A stretch of DNA of 64,000 nucleotides, taken from positions 59,247 to 123,246 of IMG/VR virus record IMGVR_UViG_3300028797_000005. One strand, written 5' to 3'. The notes under the pieces are model-generated. The model made no database searches. It saw only the letters and a program-made list of their open reading frames with translations, and had not been told where the DNA came from. The stretch comes from a virus (taxonomy: Duplodnaviria; Caudoviricetes). Position 1 is the stretch's first letter. Every line of letters starts with the position of its first letter. The position numbers and the translations under genes were made by a program. Shown one piece after another: positions 61,412 through 64,000 of the stretch.

Positions 61412-61609
61412 ATGTGGACGACTTATTGGTTTGAAATCGTTGGTGAAGATAGTGAAATTTGCGGTGAAGAATTTTTCACTGAATTGGAAAATGCAACGAA
61501 AGAACAGCATATCGCATATGCGCACGAAATTTTCCCTAATGAAAAGATAGTCTGTTGGGGAAAGGTAACGCAAATGGAAGCTGAAATGATGGGCTTGGAT
61601 ACTTATTAG
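61412..61609 (+). CDS. Small acidic hypothetical protein
   Basis: Start MWTTYWFE after AAAGGAG. Confidence 0.75.
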   Translation: MWTTYWFEIVGEDSEICGEEFFTELENATKEQHIAYAHEIFPNEKIVCWGKVTQMEAEMMGLDTY

Positions 61610-61624
61610 AAAGGTGGTATAAAT

Positions 61625-61702
61625 ATGACTTGGGAAAAAGACCAAATTATTATCGTAGTAATGAGTTTTGTAGGTTTATTCATTTATGCGTGTATGAGGT
61701 GA
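61625..61702 (+). CDS. 25-aa hydrophobic peptide MTWEKDQIIIVVMSFVGLFIYACMR
   Basis: AAAGGTGG RBS; single TM-like stretch. Confidence 0.5.
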   Translation: MTWEKDQIIIVVMSFVGLFIYACMR

Positions 61703-61707
61703 AAGCA

Positions 61708-61766
61708 AGTTGTCAGAATTATCTGACAACTTTGCCGGCCGCCGTTTTCAGAATATTCAGAATAAT
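61708..61766. repeat. CodY-operator-like pair, 35-bp period
   Basis: Cores at 61710 and 61745. Confidence 0.8.
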
Positions 61767-61981
61767 TTTAATATTCCGCGTTTTAATTTAACGCTTGACT
61801 TTCGACCAAAATTTTGCTATAATCTTATTGTCAAGGGTTGAGAGTGGCAACGGCAAGCGAGCCGCTCTCGAAAAAAAATTAAAAAAAAGTTTTAAAAACC
61901 TCTTGACAGAATCGAAAAATTATGTTATACTTAACTCGTAAGTTAAGAGAGAGCCGAAAGGCAAGAAAGGAAAGGTTCATT

Positions 61982-62287
61982 ATGACCAAGAGAGAAATGT
62001 TTGAAGCTATCGTCAATGGTAACATCACTGAGGAAGTCATCGCTATGGCTCAGAAAGAGCTGAATCGTGGAGCGGAAGCTCGTGCGGCTAAGACGGCTGA
62101 ACAGAACGAAACCGATACTGCGGTTATCGATGCGCTCGAACAGGCTACTGCTTATGTTCCTGCGTCTGAAATCGCTGAAACTGCGGGTCTGACCGTGGGT
62201 AAGGTAACGGCTTCTCTGAAGCGTCTGCGTGTGGCTGAAAAGGTGCTTGTCATCGAGGGTAAGCCTAACACTTACAAGCTTGCGTAG
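61982..62287 (+). CDS. Winged-HTH DNA-binding protein
   Basis: ASEIAETAGLTVGKVTASLKRL...GKPNTYKL; terminator 62307-62340. Confidence 0.7.
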   Translation: MTKREMFEAIVNGNITEEVIAMAQKELNRGAEARAAKTAEQNETDTAVIDALEQATAYVPASEIAETAGLTVGKVTASLKRLRVAEKVLVIEGKPNTYKLA

Positions 62288-62348
62288 TCAAGGCTTGTAG
62301 CCAACGGCAGTGGTGAAGAAATTCACCACTGCTATTTTTTTGATTTTA

Positions 62349-62407
62349 AATTGTCAGAATATTCTGACAATTCGGGCCGGCCAAATAGTCAGAAAATTCT
62401 GACTATT
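62349..62407. repeat. CodY-operator-like pair, 35-bp period
   Basis: AATTGTCAGAATATTCTGACAATT-CGGGCCGGCCA-AATAGTCAGAAAATTCTGACTATT. Confidence 0.85.
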
Positions 62408-62597
62408 ATCTTTCAAATCGCCAAAGAAACATCATATCATCTTGCCAAGCATACGCCAAAGTATTTTCTTCTGCGACCATTCTGTTATACTCGGCTTGTT
62501 CTGCCAAAGAGCGTTCATAGTCAAGGATAGATTCCTCGCTGACCTCTTCATCTTCCTCAAAGTACTGGAGCATTTTTTCCCATTCTCGTTTAGTCAT
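62406..62597 (-). CDS. Small acidic hypothetical protein
   Basis: AAGGTGAG RBS, coupled to upstream gene. Confidence 0.7.
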   Translation of the reverse strand: MTKREWEKMLQYFEEDEEVSEESILDYERSLAEQAEYNRMVAEENTLAYAWQDDMMFLWRFER

Positions 62598-62769
62598 ACA
62601 AACTCACCTTCTTCTTGATACCAATAATCTCATAGTCCTTTTCCAAGAACACTTCGTCAAGGATATACTTTGCATCTTCGTAAGCGTGCTTGACGGAGCA
62701 AGAGCGGACTTCAAAGATGCCGACATAATCGTCTTGTGCTACATAGTAAGTAATATCATAGTCCCACAT
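62590..62769 (-). CDS. Small acidic hypothetical protein
   Basis: Start MWDYDI after AAAGGAG; promoter TTGACA-17-TATCAT 62792-62820. Confidence 0.7.
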   Translation of the reverse strand: MWDYDITYYVAQDDYVGIFEVRSCSVKHAYEDAKYILDEVFLEKDYEIIGIKKKVSLYD

Positions 62770-62829
62770 AATCTTATCTCCTTTCGTTATTATGATAACA
62801 CAAATATAAGCCTTTGTCAAGTATCAAAA

Positions 62830-62882
62830 TAAAGTTTAAATTTTCTGACAATTCGCGCCGGCGCTTGTTAAAAAAATAACAC
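62830..62882. repeat. CodY-like element + GC linker + Rex-like box
   Basis: ..AATTTTCTGACAATT-CGCGCCGGCGC-TTGTTAAAAAAATAACAC. Confidence 0.6.
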
Positions 62883-62938
62883 TTGACAGGGATTTTGACT
62901 TGTGCTATAATTAGACTATCAAAGGAAAGGAGAAGAAA

Positions 62939-63178
62939 ATGAAAGAGTTATTTAAGATTTACGAGCCATTCAGACTTGAATACAATGACTTGCGTGCGGT
63001 CATTACTGTTATCAATGTTATCTTGATTATGATTTATGGGTTGTCTATTGCTTGGTTTGGTCTTGCTGTTGCTATTATCGGTATTGTTAAAGACTTAACA
63101 GTTGACAGACATATCAACGGTCTGGTAATGCACTTGGCGAACGCCGCTTTGAACATTTATTTTATCACGCTTATTTGA
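62939..63178 (+). CDS. Small membrane protein
   Basis: Hydrophobic segments, RBS, promoter 62883. Confidence 0.7.
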   Translation: MKELFKIYEPFRLEYNDLRAVITVINVILIMIYGLSIAWFGLAVAIIGIVKDLTVDRHINGLVMHLANAALNIYFITLI

Positions 63179-63189
63179 AAGGAGTTATT

Positions 63190-63474
63190 ATGCGTATTGT
63201 TATTTACATTTATTTAGGATTATCTGCTATTATTCTTTTTATGGGATATTTAGAAGCATATCTTTGTGTTTCTGCACTCAAAAAGAAATATCCTAATGCG
63301 AAAAAAATTAATTGTAATAATAAGGGGCTTGCTACCTTATTGTCAGTAATGAAAACTTTAATGATTAGTTTTTTCCCTGTTATTAATCTTGCATTTTTGT
63401 TTTATTTATTACTTTACCCACAAGAATATGATGAAGCTTGTGAGCAAGCTTTTCTCAAATATAACAGAATCTAA
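63190..63474 (+). CDS. Small two-TM membrane protein
   Basis: AAAGGAG RBS before ATG 63190; FFPVINL. Confidence 0.7.
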   Translation: MRIVIYIYLGLSAIILFMGYLEAYLCVSALKKKYPNAKKINCNNKGLATLLSVMKTLMISFFPVINLAFLFYLLLYPQEYDEACEQAFLKYNRI

Positions 63475-63482
63475 TAAAAACA

Positions 63483-63541
63483 AATTGTCGGAATTGTCCG
63501 ACAATTTGGCCGGCGCCAATTTTCAGAATATTCAGAAAATT
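63483..63541. repeat. CodY-operator-like pair, 35-bp period
   Basis: Second element AATTTTCAGAATATTCAGAAAATT = two 1-mismatch CodY boxes overlapping by 6 bp. Confidence 0.85.
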
Positions 63542-63779
63542 CAAATGCAAAATTTTTTGCTTGTGTTTGCAAGTCCCGCAAGTACTGGAAAAAATTGGCA
63601 GGAAAAAATCTATTGACATTTTTCAAAATTTGTGGTATAATATATATAGAAAATGAAAAAGGGAAAAAATGGAAATCCCCTTGCATAAAAAATGTATAAA
63701 TATTCTTCTTGACTTTACCTCGGAATGGTGGTATAATCAAGGGGAAGTAAGAGATAAGGAAAAGAAAGGAAGTGCTACT

Positions 63780-64000
63780 ATGGCAAAAAATCTCAAAGAA
63801 GTTGTGCGTGTGCAGTATATGAACCTTGTGCGCTCTGCGCTTGAAGCAAATGGTGAAGATGTACTTGATATTGCATCTAATGCGTTTTGCTTCCCTGTTG
63901 TGGATAGCGAGGGAAATGACCTTTATATCCGTGTAAAGGTTGAAATTCCAAAGGGTTCCAAAGACGAGCCGTTTGATGGGTACGCTATGCGTGATGATTA
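63780..64000 (+). CDS. Hypothetical protein, 3'-truncated (MAKNLKEVVRVQYMNLV...)
   Basis: AAAGGA RBS, promoter 63709, frame open to window end. Confidence 0.7.
   Translation, partial: MAKNLKEVVRVQYMNLVRSALEANGEDVLDIASNAFCFPVVDSEGNDLYIRVKVEIPKGSKDEPFDGYAMRDD

Larger units (their letters stand above)
58380..63737 (+). promoter_or_regulatory. Thirteen rightward sigmaA promoters
   Basis: TTGAC(A/T)-17-TA.(A/C/T).T with -35 starting at 58380, 58825, 59438, 60031, 60515, 60831, 60953, 61345, 61795, 61903, 62883, 63613, 63709. Confidence 0.85.

Noticed and set aside
54685-62332. GGTGAA-N4-TTCACC hairpins as Rex operators
   Set aside because: Their position right after stop codons, GC-extended stems, T-tracts and variable loop length point to terminators
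55081-63541. Integron attC cassette array
   Set aside because: No RYYYAAC/GTTRRRY ends, no integrase in the window, and cassettes carry their own promoters; CodY geometry fits better
1-64000. Stop-codon reassignment
   Set aside because: Genes are full-length and tightly packed in code 11, all three stops are used and no suppressor tRNA was found

Overview
This window is part of a large, AT-rich tailed phage genome (siphovirus-like, SPbeta-type gene order), most likely infecting an anaerobic Bacillota/Clostridia host. It has three blocks. (1) 1-16.9 kb, + strand: replication and nucleotide metabolism (SSB-like protein, AAA ATPase, DnaB helicase, primase, RecJ, DnaE, class II RNR, ThyX-like protein, dUTPase, RuvC-like resolvase). 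(2) 17-52.8 kb, - strand: virion morphogenesis from terminase to tail fibres. (3) 54.5-64 kb: an early/accessory region of tiny cassettes driven by 24 near-consensus sigmaA promoters, with a tRNA-Asn and several non-coding RNA candidates. The most striking signal is in block 3. It carries about 25 copies of a 24-bp element built like a CodY operator (two AATTTTCWGAAAATT-like 15-mers overlapping by 6 bp), mostly in pairs at an exact 35-bp period around an 11-bp GC-rich linker. Beside them lie ArgR-like, Rex-like and Spo0A-like boxes and a GTTAG-N6-CTAAC array, concentrated at 58.46-58.77 kb where transcription diverges. I interpret this (inference) as a phage panel of host transcription-factor sites acting as a metabolic sensor and/or repressor decoy. 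A tandem T-arm-containing tRNA-like RNA and a duplicated sRNA with an anti-Shine-Dalgarno sequence also occur here. All product calls come from motif recognition and synteny, not database searches.
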